This document shows positions 44,578 through 60,947 of a DNA stretch of 64,000 nucleotides, one piece after another. The DNA is from the human T2T-CHM13v2.0 reference genome, Homo sapiens. The notes under the pieces were generated by a model. The model saw only the letters and a program-made list of their open reading frames with translations, made no database searches and was not told where the DNA came from. Within the stretch, counting starts at the first letter, position 1. Each line of letters starts with the position of its first letter. A program made the position numbers and the translations under genes. Location: assembly GCF_009914755.1 (NCBI RefSeq), contig NC_060927.1. One strand, given 5' to 3'.

Positions 44578-47500
44578 TAAGCATATTTGAAGTGATTTCC
44601 AGTGATTTTTATTGTAATACTGTCTTTAAATTTATATTTTATAGGGTATATTCTATGATATCTTATCCTTCATAAACATTAGCAAGTGTTATATATCTAC
44701 ACAAGGGTATTCCATTATATGATGGCATAAAATATATATACATGGATAAGTGGATATGGGGTTCATGAGTTGTTTTGGGTATTCTATCTAACTTAGTTTA
44801 TAAATTATTATTTAAATTGTAACAACACGGAAATCAACTGACATTTTTCAACCAAACGTCAGTTTGAAGGGAATTTGTGTTCTGCATGGTAAAGGCAATG
44901 ACATTTACTTGTGATTTTTAAAAGTAAGCCTAAAAAACTTCTGAAATCAGTTTATTTTCCCTGAAGTTTACCAAATTTATTGTATATAGCTCTGAACTAT
45001 TACCAAGAGAGAGAATTATACTACTATTGAATTATTTGTCTTTTATCCATGTATATCAAAGCACTTAGTAAACATAAAGTTCTTTTTTAAATAAAGTATA
45101 TAAAAATGTGTTGACTTATTAAGGCACTGCCTCTGGCAGAGGCAAAGATTACTAAAATGGATTATTCATTGGCTTGATATTCAAGACTACCCATTTACTT
45201 ATCCATTGACCGACTGTCTCTAAGGCAACAAGAGCTTTAGCACAGCATTGTGAGCAAGTACCCATTAAGAAAATGCTTTTCACACAAGAAAGCCCATCTG
45301 ACTCTTAAACACGTTCTAATAGAAGAGATCTCAAAAGCTCATAGAAAATTGCCTTGTTTCCAGTAAACGGAACCACCCTTCAAGTATGTTTACTGAATGC
45401 AGTAAGGCAACTCGTGCCCAGATATGAAAAGTTTCCACCTTTTGAAAAGTATGTCTAGAGCCTTGTAAAGTATAGAAACGTATGAAGATTTCTCACTTTT
45501 ATTCCTTCGGAAAATTAAGATGGAACTTTAAAAAAGGTCACAAGAAAGACCAGTGAAAGCTTTTATGGAGAGTTTCTACTTCCCTGAAGAATACATAATC
45601 TGTCAAGAGATGGATCAGATTACTACCATTGAAATAACTGCTTAGATTTAGTTCAACTAGAATCACTAAAGATACATATCCTCAGGTTTTAATAAAGAAA
45701 ACAACTAAAATTGTACTTAATATTTCACATCCAAAGTTTTAAATGTACAGATTAATCTGTTGCCTACAAACTACATATTACCACATATAAGTATATTCTC
45801 ATTATGCTTTAAAATTTGAGAGCTTACTGTATGTAATTATGTTTAAAAACTGTCACAAATTATGCATTTTTCAAAAACCCAGCAATGTAGCAAAATTTAA
45901 TATTGTATAAATCAACAAGAACATATTTGAGTGTTATTGTGAGCCATCTGATTGAGGGATACTATTTTAATGATGTATCTTTATTTCCTCCATTTTAGTA
46001 AACAATATATGTTGTTCCAGTCAAAAAGTTTACTTATATACACATTCACATAATTTCAGAATGTTTTAGAAAGTTTTTTTAAAGTGCTGGCCTCATAGTA
46101 TTAAAATGTGACAATTATTACACAAACTATACTCAAAGTTTTTTTTATAAAACCTTACCCAAATAAAAGAGATCAAAAGAGTTTAAAGCTATAGGTGGTA
46201 ATGAAAACCTAAATGGAACACAATGGATGTATAAGCCTAATTTCAAATGACCAATATGATTTATACACATATATTATCTACATTTACATAATTGATAGGT
46301 AGCCATTCTCAAGTCTTTCAGAGAGATGTTTATGATACATAGGTAACTCATAAAAACATGTTACAAAAGGCCATTTGCAGATGATCATTTATAAATTAAA
46401 ATATTTGGAATATATAGAGATGAAGTATAGGAATAACATTTTGAAGTATTTTTTAAAGTTCAGTTATTGGTTATCTAATTCGATTTCACATCCTTTATCA
46501 GCAACAAAACTGGGAGTTCATGCTAACATGTTGCAGAGAAAGGATAATAAATTATCACATACTACTGCAAAAGAAGCTAATTCATGACATTTAAATTCTA
46601 GGTAAGCTTGGAATTCCTAGCTATTGCTATGAGGAAAAGTTTTTGTGTGGCAAGAACCTGATTTTTTTTTTTTAATTTAAGCGTTTAAGCCTTACAAAGT
46701 TCCAAGATAAGCCATATGGTGTACATGAAGAGGTAGTGTATGCTATCACATAAATCAGATTTTCCAAAAAAATCTTGGTTTGGGAAGCAGAAGGGAATGT
46801 ACTGAGAGGTCCTGTACCCTATACCCTGTACCCATTCCCCAGACCCACATTTCTGCAGACTTCATCTGTTGAAGAAGGGATTATGAAACTGGTACACGAG
46901 TTTGAGTATCTGAGCACAAATGAGATGTGTATCTTTCTTTTTTAGGGGAGTCCATGAAATAAGATCTAGAACAAACTTCCCCCCAAAATCTCCTCAACAA
47001 CCATGTGATGATCTAGGATTGATGGATGTAGTGGCATGGAGTGCCTAAAGAATAGTTCAAAAACAGTCTGTTATATTTTCTAAGGTCCCAGAATGACAGA
47101 GACCAAAATCTAACATTTTTACACTCTCAAGGGAGAATGAAAGCCCAATAAAATGTGAATACCTGAGGCAGCAAAACAATAAAAGCTAGAGATTTTGCCT
47201 TCTTCAGCTTGTGTCCTGAGAACATTATTTTCTCTGTGTGTGGTGTGTATATGTGTACATGTGTTATTAGAAATGTAGAAAGGCTACTGTAAGACAAGTG
47301 CTGAAATGTTAAGAGTAGTATTCTCTTGGTGGGCAATCATGTATGATTTTTATTTCCTGCTTGTTTCTATAACTTAATTTTCATATATTTCCTTCCTAAT
47401 AAATTTAAATTAATGTAAAAGCTAAATTGCTAGCTACAAAGATTGCCTGCTTTGTACTCCTTATTATCATAAATTTATTTTTTAATAAATACAAATTAAC

Positions 47501-48274
47501 AATTAAAATTAAGGGGAAAGCTGTGATAATGACACCAAGAACTATAAGCCAACAGAAGATATGGGCTTCTTTTCTTGGAATAATTTACCAGAGACTGAAT
47601 AAGGTAATTTTTCTTATCCAGCTGGAAAAAGAAAAGAAAAATAATGGAGTAACTTTTTATAATGTGCGAAGACATTCCTTGATTGTAGCCATCAAGGAAC
47701 ATTTGTAAAATTAATCAGGAAAAAAATAGAGAGTTCACCCAATGAAGCAATCTGTTATTTGGAGCAATCTTTAGAAAATTGTCAATAAAAAGAAAGTAAC
47801 AAATGTGCATAATAATAAAATAACACCAATATTTTAATTATAAAGACCTAAACAAGTTTACAAATTAATGCAGATAAACAAACATTACCTTTAGCCCAAT
47901 AGTAATAACTTATTATGTTCCTAGATAGTTCATGGCATCCTAAAACTTTCTATGTCAGTAATGGTTAGTCATTACCATCTCCAAATACACATCCATTTAC
48001 TCTCAATGTAGTTTCACATAGTTTTAAAGGATGTGACATCCTTTAGTCCTAATTTCCCTGGTATCAGATTATGCTGGCCATTATTTCTTTCCCATAGAAA
48101 ATAAGAAATTTTGCTGTCTAAATGTATCATGTTAAGTTATTTCTGTCTGATATCTACTATTCTCCTTTAAACTCGATTATGTTTTTTATTATTTCTGAGA
48201 GTTCTTTCTTTCTCTGAATACAGAGGTTAACATTTTTCTACACTAAAATGAGCAACATAGACACAGAACAAAGA

Positions 48275-48650
48275 ACATAGAAACAGAGAGTCGAAGGGTG
48301 GTTACCATCGTTCTGGGGCTAAGAGAAATAAAGAGATGTGATCCAATGGTACAAAGTTGTAGTTACAAGAGGAATAAGTTTTGGAGAGCTAATGTACAGC
48401 ATGATGACCATGAATAGTAACAATGTCTTATATACTTGAAATTTGCTGATAGAGTAGATCTTAAGTATTGTTACCACACACACAGAAAAGGTAACTATGT
48501 GAGGTGATAAATATGTTAAGAAGTTTGATTGTACCAATTATTTCACAGTGTAAACATCTATCACTACATCACATTGTACTTCATAAATACATGCAATTTT
48601 TATTTATCTGCTATACTTCCATCAAGCTGATAAAACACATGTAAATAAAA
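48275..48650 (+). mobile_element. L1MA/MB 3'UTR fragment
   Basis: gtggttacca...ggtacaaagtt...ctaatgtacagcatg...tacttgaaatttgct...aactatgtgaggtgat. Confidence 0.8.
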
Positions 48651-48845
48651 TAAAGCAAATAATTCATCAGGTAAAACAGAAGAGGGGAAGTTGAAGGAAA
48701 TACTTTCCATAAATAACAGTGAATAAAATCACAATCTGGGCTGAAATATTTTTTTATTAATGGGAAATATCAGAAGATTATAGGGAGCACATGGTTTATA
48801 TAAGGCCACCTTGAACAAAAATAAAGCATTAAAAAATTAGAACTT

Positions 48846-49120
48846 GGCCACGCTTGGTGGTTCACACCTGTAATCCCAGCACTTTGGGAGTCCGGGAGTT
48901 TGAGACCAGCCTGGGTGACATCATGAGACTCTGTCTTTACAAAAAATACAATAAGAAATTAGCCAGACGTGATGGTACCTGCCTGTACTCCCAGTTATTC
49001 AGGAGACAGGAGGATTTCTTAAGACCAAGAGTTTGAGGCTGCAGTGAGACATGATTAGGCCACTGCACTCCAGCCCGGAGACCTTGTCTCAGAAAAAACA
49101 AAAAACAAAAAACAAAAAAC
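48846..49120 (+). mobile_element. AluJ with internal deletions, (A5C)n tail
   Basis: cacctgtaatcccagcactttggga...gtttgaggctgcagtgag...ccactgcactccagcc. Confidence 0.88.
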
Positions 49121-50739
49121 GGGGGGAACCCTTTTATTTCAAGTCAGTAATTACATAGTGCCCCTCTATGTAGTGAAGATAAACATTCTAGTGTTCATAG
49201 ATCATGTGGTGGAAAGAGTTCAAATGAACTTGTGAAGATAAACCTGGAGAGAATAAGCAGAGCAAATTGAAAAACTATGGCATTGAAGGCTTTGTCCTTT
49301 GTCTTTTTGAAGATAATTTTACTTTCTCTATCTCCCTCTGATGTAATATAAGTCATAAAATGTTTGTGACCTTAAAGATCTTCTTAGGTTTAATCCATGG
49401 CAATAAGCATAACATAAATAGAAATATACAGACCATGCCTACTCAATGTTCTCCATTCTGAAGTGCGTAAATCAAGTGTGCTGAAACAATGAATGGAACC
49501 CTTTCAGATCCATAAGTTGTAATCACTATTAATTCTCTTTCATTTTTATCATGCCATTCTGTGCTTGATCTTTGTAGAAAAGACACAGAAAACTGTGTTT
49601 AGAATATCCAAAAGTCATGAAAAAAGAAATAAAGAAGAACCGCAAATCTCATCAGAACTTCTGTTTTGTGAGGTTCTGGGATCCAGTTTTTTTCACTTGA
49701 CAGCATTGTTGTAGATAAGCTTTAATTAAATTTTCTGACATTTTACTTGGCTGAACTGAACTTAACCCAGTCAATAGATTTCTATATGTTACTTGAAGTT
49801 TGTTTATCTAATAGATGGATTTTAAGTAGAGAGTATATGTAGAAAAACATAAATTAACATGTTGGCCAGAATTACTTATCTCAAGGTAGAATGTGCACCA
49901 TATGGCTGCTTCGCTCCAAGCTAATATGTTATAATTGAATCATCTCCATATCTAATAAAACAGGAAGTCAAAAGGAATATTCATGTATAATTTAACAAGC
50001 ATTAGGTCTGTGTACAAATATTTTATGGCAGAGTAAGGGGAACAATACTGACAGAGTATATCACTATAATGATAAATCATACTGTGAATGATTTGTTTCA
50101 AGAATAATGATTGAAGCTCAACTTGCAAATCTAAGGCAAATCAATATTTTAATTTCATTCCTTGATGCATTGATTTCAAAGATTTTAATTTCATTCCTTT
50201 AAAGCACTTATTCATATTTGAAAATTCCCTTCCCCAGTGAAAATCATTAACTGCATTCAAACTACTTATATTGTTTGAATATATAAAAATATATAAAATA
50301 GAAAGTCAATGTTATGCACACAATGAAATGCCTTAGAATATTAAGGTCATTCATTAGATGTCATAGAGAAAATTGTAATGTGATTTTGCATATACATTGA
50401 TAGTGAATAAATGACTAATTTCGCTATATTCACCATATGCCCAACATTGGTAGATATAAATTTTATTTCACAGGCTATGGCTATTAAATTTCAGGATTTT
50501 AGAAATCAAGTTACTACATCACTCAGGATGCATATATACACATCTTTGACATGAGAAACTAAATATAATCAATATTGAGGCAACTGATTACAATCATGGA
50601 AGAGGCTCTATATTTACGGTGAAATCTGCTCTATTTTATTATACTAAACCCAGTAAAGCAATATGACGCAGGGCCATAACTAGCCTACTCGAACTATTTT
50701 CTCTTATTCGTCAATTTCATGAGCAAAACACCATGCACA

Positions 50740-52155
<1,416 letters not shown>

Positions 52156-52869
52156 TCACTAGAAACTCCAAACAATTTTTAAATTCCATAGTTGCTTGAT
52201 TTTAAGCATGTTTCATTTTCAAGTGGTAAAACTTTAAACCAGGAACAACTCATCGCAAATTGTTTGATTATCAACTTTCATAAGAAGTATTTCGACCTTT
52301 TAGTGAGACAGGAATTTATGTTAAGGCTGATTTATAACTACAGAGCTAATATTTCTTTTTTTTCTCATTCATTTTAGGTTTAGAGTAGCTGATCTTCATG
52401 AATACTGGATCAGAATCCATAAGCATACTCCCTATAGTGCATGTTTTATTTCTGAAAGCCTGGGGAAGAGGATTTTGTAATTAATAATTATGTTGTCTTT
52501 CCAGCTATACCATATATTGTAATTGAAAATGCAGTACATAAGAGTATGGTATTCTCCAGAACACTGTTGATCTGGGCCCTCATTCCTACTTGGGTGAAGA
52601 TTGCTCAACAGCCTTTATTCCTCACATCACTCTTGCATGGCTTCAATAGCAAGGAAAAAAGTACCTTATGATAGCACTGCTTTTGTTTATTCTTTTAATA
52701 AAAGTAATTATTAATAAAATTCCTCTTCAGTAACCCTCACATCTTGCCTCAGAAGATCTTCCTTAAGACAACTCGTGAGTATCAGCTTTTAGAGCAATCT
52801 GATAACATCAGGAAGTCTTCATCTGACATGTAAAAAAATACATACATTCAGCGAGTTAAATATTATCTA

Positions 52870-52915
52870 AGATAGATAGATGATAGATGGATAGATAGAT
52901 AGATAGATAGATAGA
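52870..52915 (+). repeat. (GATA)n tetranucleotide STR
   Basis: About 11 units with two interruptions. Confidence 0.92.
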
Positions 52916-55729
52916 GAAATTCTGCAAGAGTTAGGGAAAATATACTTAGCACTAATTTTTATTTCTATAACATATTCATGCTACAATGCTGAAGTTTTGT
53001 AGCTATTTACATGACCCCAATACTAGGAATAATGGCATATGGGAGAAGTAGCTCTGTAAGAGATATTTGTTATTTTTCACAAAATATTCATAGCCATAAA
53101 TAGTCAACCATCTTAAATGTAATCTTTTGATTATATTATTTGTTAATAACATCAACAAAGATTGTGTAATGAAGGCATTAAGTTCATATATTTGAGTAAA
53201 ATTCACAACATGTCATTTCAATACTAATTTCACTAAGTTCACAGTCTGTTAACTCAGGCTTAGTATTTTAAATGGTAGTAGCAGTATTTCTCATAATGAT
53301 AATAATACTGATTATCATCATTGTCATCTTTTTAATTAAAGAGCCCATTCTTCCAATTGCCATGCATTTATGGGCTATAGAAAATATAGCTGCATAACAT
53401 TGTCTTATTAATTTAAAACTGGTAACTTTTGTTTGGGATTCATTTGTACAGGAATAAGTTTGGAGTAATATTTTCTAAAAAAGAATATGATTGAAATTTG
53501 GTTCTCAGATCAGTTCCTCAAGGTCAGAGTAAAGAAGTTCTGTCACTGAGGAGTACTTTGCTTTATTTCTTCACAGGCTTCTTTCATAGGATGCTACAAT
53601 TCTACATTATTCCTCATGCAGAATATGTGTACAAAACTGTTCAGAGCCCCCAAACCTTACAATACAATGGAAACGGAAATGGTAGTAAGCAGTTAAAAAC
53701 TGATAAATACGTATTTATCTAGAAAGTCATTAACTATATATTTTTAGGCAAAATAATTTTAAAAATTACAAAATTACATGTGAAATATGAGTAAATTTGT
53801 ATTTTGAAAATAATATGTGTAAATATATAAGTAAACAGCATGCTAATAATAAGTTTTCCTGAGTGATGTAATTGTAACTTTTAGATATAAGTATAGATAT
53901 TTGAGTACATTATAATTTTATTCAGTGGATATAGATGTGTGGATATAATTGTAAAAACTATTTTAAAAAAGAACACAACAAAGATGCAGAGAGTTAATTT
54001 CCATCATCTACATTTTACACCGTGCTACTAACAAACAGACTGTGTTGGCTGTAATGCGGAAAGATTTTTAAAACTCGATAACCTCCTTCCATCAGTCACC
54101 AGAATCAAGAAGGGACCTTAGCCTAATATCCTGACCGAAGGATGACACCACTAGAAGTGCAGTTCTCACTCCCCCTGCTTCTAGAAAGGTCCTGCTGTAT
54201 CAGCACAACAGCAACACAGAGGAATGAAAGCAGAAGAGACCTGCCTCGCCTGTCTGTGATATTCTATATAACCCTTACCCCTGTAAAATTGCTTTTATCA
54301 TTGAACCTTAACTGCATTGCAAACTAAAAACATAGTGCAATCATTACCTACACAAAAGGAGTGCCCATTTGTGTCCTGTTATTATAGGAGCTCCCATTTT
54401 TTGTCCTGTTCTTGTAAAAACAAATGACTGACCTGAAGCATAGAGAAAGGACATTTTCATGATTTTGCATCATTTAGTTTGCATGTGGTTGTTTTCATTG
54501 CTTCAACTTTAACATTTGTGTTTTCAGTGAAGACATTTTTAATTCCTAAGAAAACTATTAATAGACTCCTCACATTAAATCATTTTATAATTGTGCTGGT
54601 AAAGGTTGAATTTGGAGCGTATGGTTTATAAATATGTCTTGAAATGACCCTTAGTGGAGTATGTATCAGCACCGAAATTCTTAGACTTTCTGGAACCAGT
54701 TTCAGTTCCTGGCAAGACGGACATAGCTCCTTAATTTTCTGAGAGATCAGATACATTCCTTATAGTCCAGTTTGTTTGGGTCTTCTGAAAAGAAAAAAAA
54801 ATTCTTGTTTCCAAAGTTCTGAGTTAATCACCTGATTAATGATGAATTTCTCACAGGATTTTTTTCTTAAGAATGATCATTTTTAAAATCCTAAATCTTC
54901 TCAGAGCTCGACATTTTTTTAAATGTGAAATACTTTAAATGTATAGAAAAGAATATAACACACTCTTATGCACCAAACACTATCAATTAGCAGATGTCAA
55001 TATTTTACTATATTGGCCTCAGTTTTTTTTAATAATTTATTTAAAGACAAAATATTTGAGATACAGTTTAAATCTCATATTGGTTTCAACCTTACTAAAT
55101 CCATTGTGTATTATTTCCAAAATTGTTTTAAACTTTCATCACACATTCATATTCATACACAGTATGAACAAAGATGGAGTTTTTTCTTTTATTTATTGTT
55201 TATATTCAAAAAAATTGTTTTCTATGGTTTTAACTTTATCTAAATAGAGTCAACATTACACAAACCCTTTGGACACATCATGTTATTTTAGCTCAACAGC
55301 AGGCTTTGGCAATGTATCTATGCTGTTACTTGTACCACTATTCAATTTAGGTTCTTTAATATATTCCTTTGTATGTCTTAACTTTTTATCACAGTTGGTA
55401 TAATTATTGAATAGAAGATTCATTTTATTTAATTATTTCAGTCTTTCATTCATTCATCATCTCAGTCTTTTTTTCGAATTATTTCTCTCCATCACATTAC
55501 CCTAACTCTCCCTATCTACTTATAATGGAAATCATACTAGACATGCTAAATCTCACTTTATTCCCCATATCTCTTACCCACTCTTTTTTATTGCTATCTC
55601 CTTGTGCTGTGTTCACGGTAATTCTATCCACGGCTCTATCTATTTAGCTGGTAAATTCATCTTTGTGTTTTTATTACATATTGACCTCAAGCAAAGAGAA
55701 AGAACATTTGTACTGTTATGATAGTGAAC

Positions 55730-55910
55730 TTGTATATATATGTATTTGTATATTACACATATATCTATGTATGTACTACTATAATAATATGCTGGTATTA
55801 TATATAAGATATATACACATATATACACACACATACACAAATATATAATATACCAGTACATTAATACATATGTAAATACATACTTGCATCTAGTACATAC
55901 TTGCATCTAA
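55730..55910. repeat. TA-rich low-complexity tract ending in a 16-bp direct repeat (tacatacttgcatcta x2)
   Basis: Directly visible. Confidence 0.7.
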
Positions 55911-55971
55911 TAAGATGCATTAATATGTTATGTTTTCATAAAAATATGCTTCTTATATTGGTTTTTAGGGT

Positions 55972-57020
55972 TTTTGAAATTTTTGTGGGTACAGAGTAGG
56001 TGTATATATTAGTAGGTGTATAAAATTTCAGTGGGTACATTGTAAGTGTATATATTTATACATGGGGTACATGAAATATTTTGATACAGGCATACAATGC
56101 ATAGTAATCACATCAGGGAAAATAAGGTATCCATCACCTCGAGCATTTATCCTTTCTCTGTGTTACAAACTATCCAATTACACTATTTTCATTTTAAAAT
56201 ATACAATAAATTATTGGTGACTGTAGTAACTGTGTTGTGCTATCAAGTACTAGATCTTATTCATTCTATCTGACTGTAATTTTGTACCCATTAACCATTC
56301 CTACCGCCCCCCATCCCCATTACCCTTTCCAGCTTCTGGTAACCATCATTCTACTCTTTATCTCCATGAGTTCAGTTGTTTTAATTTTTAGTTCCCACAA
56401 ATAAGTGAGAACATGCAAAGTTTGTGTTTCTGTGGCTGGCTTATTTCATCAAACATAATGTCCTCCAGTTCCATCCATGTCTCAAATGACAGGATCTTAC
56501 TCTTTTTTATGGCTGAATAGTACTCCATTGTGTATAGGTACCACATTGTTTTTACCCTTTCCTCTGTTGATGAACACTTAGGTTGATTCCAAATCTTGGC
56601 TATTGTGAATAATGCTGCAGTACACATAGGAGTGCCGCTATTTCTTCAATATACTGATTTTTTTTTTATTTTACGTATATATCTAGCAGTGGGATTGCAG
56701 GTCATATAGTAACTCTATTTTTAGTTATTTGAGGAGCCGCCAGATTGTTCTCCACAGTGGCTGTACTAATTTACATTCCCACCAACAGGGTACAAATGTT
56801 CCTTTTTCTCCACACCTTTGCCAGCATTTGTTGTTGCCTGTTTTTTTAGACAAAAGCTACTTTAACTGGAGTGAGATGATCTCTCACTATAGTTTTGATT
56901 TGCATTTCTCTGATGATCGATGATGCTGAACACGTTGTCATATGCCTGTTTGCTGTTTGTACTTCTTCTTTTGAGAACTTTCCACTCAGATTTCTTGCCC
57001 ATTTTTAATCACATTATTTA
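55972..57020 (-). mobile_element. 5'-truncated L1MA (L1MA2/3-like)
   Basis: ORF2 C-terminus on minus (ALFTIAKIWNQPKC...MFSLICGN, 56388-56627) plus L1MA 3'UTR. Confidence 0.9.
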
Positions 57021-57149
57021 TCTTACAGTTTTATGCTTTTTAACAAACATTTTATAGTTTCTGTTACCTCGAAGTCTGGCTAGTACTTGTTTTATTCTTT
57101 GCTTCTTCAACATGGAATTATAATAATGATGATATTAATACTATTAAAG

Positions 57150-57368
57150 ACAGTGATATTAATCTACTTTTACGGAATACCTACTATATGCTAGGTATCA
57201 TTCGAAGTGCTTTATACACATTTATGCTTGCAATTATTAAAACAACTGAATATAGTCACTTTTATTATCCAATTTTGCAGATAAAAGAACTGAAATTTAG
57301 AAGACTGCATGGCTAACAAATAGATGTGAAATATATCTTCAAAGCCCTTGCTCTTAACCAGTAGGCCA
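57150..57368 (-). mobile_element. MIR fragment
   Basis: cctactatatgctaggta...ttattatccaattttgcagataaaagaactga...gctcttaacca. Confidence 0.6.
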
Positions 57369-58517
57369 TGGTTCTCCTAATTATGTATATATGCATATTT
57401 TATTAATTCAGTTCATTGGTCTTTAGTTGGTTCTTAAAGATTGATCTATTAATCGAAGACATTCAGCCAAAATATATACAGATAAAGACTGTATATAAAT
57501 ATTATTTAAATATGTATTTATATATCAACACATTTGTATAGAGAAATTGTTGTATGAGATATCATGAAATTATTGTATTCTATCTATTAGAATTTAAGTT
57601 GAGTAAAGCTAAAGGATACACTGTTTATGCCAATCAACAAGTTTAATAATATGATATTTCTATTTAATTTACTTTATCAAAATAGATGTAGACATAAAAT
57701 TTTACATTTGGAAATATAATTTGCTTTACTTTCTTGCTGAAAGTGTGCATTTGTTAATCTTTCTCAATTCTAACATAAAATATTTGGAGTAATCTAATAA
57801 AATCTGTTATCAGCCATAGATAAGTAATTGTTTTTGATTTCAAAGTACTTTCTACTTATGGCAGCTTTGGGCAGAATCTTAGTTTTAATTTACTTACATC
57901 ATTCATGAAAATTAACCTGAAAAATTATGTCAGTTTCAAAGAGAAAATCATATAACCAAACAACTATTTGTTAATAAAATACTCTTTCTTTCCTAAATTA
58001 ATGCAATGAAAGTAGAAAAATAAGTAAAACTTATCTTGACCCAAGGAGAAACCAGGAAAATATCCTTGGCTGCCTGAGATGCAAAAATTTATTTTTGAAT
58101 AAAATCATGGTAAGTGTTCTACAAACTTTTAGAAACAATATTAGAATTTTGAAATATTCAGACCTCATTTGTTTTATGAAAAAAAGTATAAATATGACTT
58201 GTTTGCTTACCTTTTCATTACTAAGGGAATATCCTTTGGGTGAGGCAAGTTCACCGTTTGAAGCTTAAATGACTCCAAGGAGGCTTTCCGGTTTATGGGC
58301 AGCACTAGAAGGCACGTGACTTGAAGAATCTCAGAGAAGGATGTGGGAAATGAATGCAAGGTCAACCCTATGTATGTAAGAATTAAAAGAAAGTCCAGCC
58401 TCCTTAATTACTAACCATCATTTAAGGAACCACCTATAGCTGGATATGTGAAATAATTAATCCATTACAGTTAAAGCAATTTTCAATTGGATGTAATGTA
58501 ACCAACAGTATAAAATG

Positions 58518-58735
58518 AGACTTGGCAAACTTTTTCTAAGGACTATATCACAAATATTTCAGACTTTGTGGGTCCTAAGGTCTCTGTCACAACTACTATG
58601 CCCTGCTGTTGTAAAGCAAAGTCAGCTATAAACAATGTATCAATGAATGAGTGTGGCTTTCAATAAAACTTTTTATTTACAAGAAAGAAGATGGTCAGTG
58701 GCTATGGTCTGGGGGCTGTAGTTTGCTGCACCCTG
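58518..58735 (+). mobile_element. MER58A hAT-Charlie relic
   Basis: ttggcaaactttttct...ggtctctgtcacaactact...caataaaacttt...gtagtttgctgcaccctg. Confidence 0.8.
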
Positions 58736-59599
58736 GAATACAGCATGCTAAATGTTACCTACAATTTGAAAATATCACCAAATACCCTAGTTTCCCAAAT
58801 AAGGAAGCTGAGATGGAGTTTAAATAACTTGTTCACAGTTACAAGTGTATCTAAAAATTATGTAGATATTATCTCTTAGAAGTGAATCAGTATTACTTGA
58901 GTTTCCATGTGATGAAGGATTCATACCCAACATCCTTAGGAATGACAAAAAAGGGAAGGGATTTTCTCACTAAATATAAACTTTGTCATTAGTCTATTAA
59001 AATGACAAAATAGGTACATGAATATATTAAGACTGCATATTTCTCTTTCCCAAAGCTGAAATATCTTTACTGCACTTAATAGAAAAGAATATGAAAACAT
59101 TATTCCTTCTTTGGTGTCCAAAGGGGAGGGACAATTTTCACCGACACCGTCAACTTTCATTCACAAGAAGTCAGTAAGTACAGCTCTGAATTGCTGTTTT
59201 GCCACAAGCATTTTATTGCTCTTTCCCCCATTATAAAAATGGCAAAGTGCTCTGAAAATGAAAGTATTTCCTCAGGGACAAATTCATAGAGATTTATTAC
59301 CTTGCCTCAAAGGGATGGGTTTGAGCCATTTTTATAGCCAAAAGTTACTTTTATTTTCAGTATTGGAAGTATTTCTCTGCAGTCTTGAAATGTGTAAAAA
59401 GATCGTTCTCCTGAGGACTTCTGCCACTGATACAGCCACCAAGAAACTATCACGAGATATTAGCCAAGTGCTTTGGTAGCATTTAGTGACTCTCAGTCAG
59501 AAATATGAATACACTCCCAGGCAGCATCTGAAACTCTTGTGAAACACGAAAAATACATAGTCCTGGGCCTTTCGTTCCTTACACTTCTTGGACTACCGA

Positions 59600-60063
59600 G
59601 TCCCAAGATAGGCCATCTGCAAGCTGAGGAGCAAGAAAGTCAGTCTGACTACCAAAACTTCAAAAGTAGGGAAGGCAACAATGCAGCCTTCAGTCTGTGA
59701 CCAAAGGCCTGAGAGCACCTGGCAAACCACTGGATGTAAGTCCAAGAGTCCAAAAGCTGAAGAATTTGGAGTCTGATGTTCTAGGGCAGGAAGCATCCAG
59801 CACGGGAGAAAGATGAAGGCCTGAAGTCTCAGTAAGTCACGTCATTCCACCTTCTTCTGCTTGCTTTATTCTAGGCATGCTGACAGTTGTTGATTAGATG
59901 TGCCTACCCATATTGAGGGTGGGTCTGCCTCTCTCAGTCCACTGACTCCAATGTTAATCTCCTTAGGCAACAGCCTCATGGACATACCCAGTATTGGGTA
60001 AAGTATTGTTCTACTTTACATCTTTCAATCCAATCAAGTTGACACTGAATATTAACCACCACA
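59600..60063 (-). mobile_element. MLT2 (ERVL) LTR, partial, apparently within a MER5-like relic (about 59485-59575 and 60065-60178)
   Basis: catctgcaagctgaggagcaag...ggagtctgatgtt...caatccaatcaagttgacac...attaaccaccaca. Confidence 0.82.
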
Positions 60064-60947
60064 CACACCTTACCCCAGTCACACTGAGCTACACTTTTCA
60101 GAGATGACTTCTGGATACCTGTATATTTTAAGCAATTCTTTCAATGGTTCTCATGCACAGCCAGCATTGAGAACCATTATTAAAAAAGAAAAAAGCAATT
60201 TACTTGATAACATGTAATTTTGAACAGTCAATGTCTAAACAACAGTTATCAGCTTATAAATAATGCTGTATCTAGAAAATGTGAAAAACTACACACCTTC
60301 ATAACATTCATCAGATTATCAAAGGCAGCATCTGAAGCTGATGGCATAGGTCCTGTCAGGGCTTCCATGAGATCTGCCCTTGGGTCATTCCCTTAGGCTC
60401 TATCTAACACAGTGCTGATTTCACTTTGTTCTGGGAAAACTAATGTCAGAATACTCTTCTGTTTCCCATGCTGGGTCAGTTAGAGCTACTCTTAAAAAGG
60501 GGAAATCTGAGCACTTCCAGAAAGTACTCCCACCACAGAAGTATATACGAGCCAACAATAAACAAAATGCCTTGCCAACAGCCCGTCATATCTGCATTAT
60601 CATTAGAACAATTTTTGAATACGAAAGATAATTGATCTTTAGAGGTTTCTCCGTAGTAGGAAAGTATACCTATAATACAACTCTTTTGAGCCAAAGAGAT
60701 CCCATAAAAAAGGTGCCTATCCTTGGAGTGAGACTCACATGGAATTTACCAAAGAATGCTTTATGAATTTATCAGGCACATATAAAGTAATAATTTATGT
60801 TTAGATTTATCATCTCTCTTACTTCACCGGGAATATAAGGGTACTGTATGAGCTGGCAGACTTCCAGTGCTTAGCCAATTGTCTGTATCCATAACTGTGA
60901 CTGACAGCTGTGAAATATCATTCTAACAAATTTGGATAAATTCCAAA

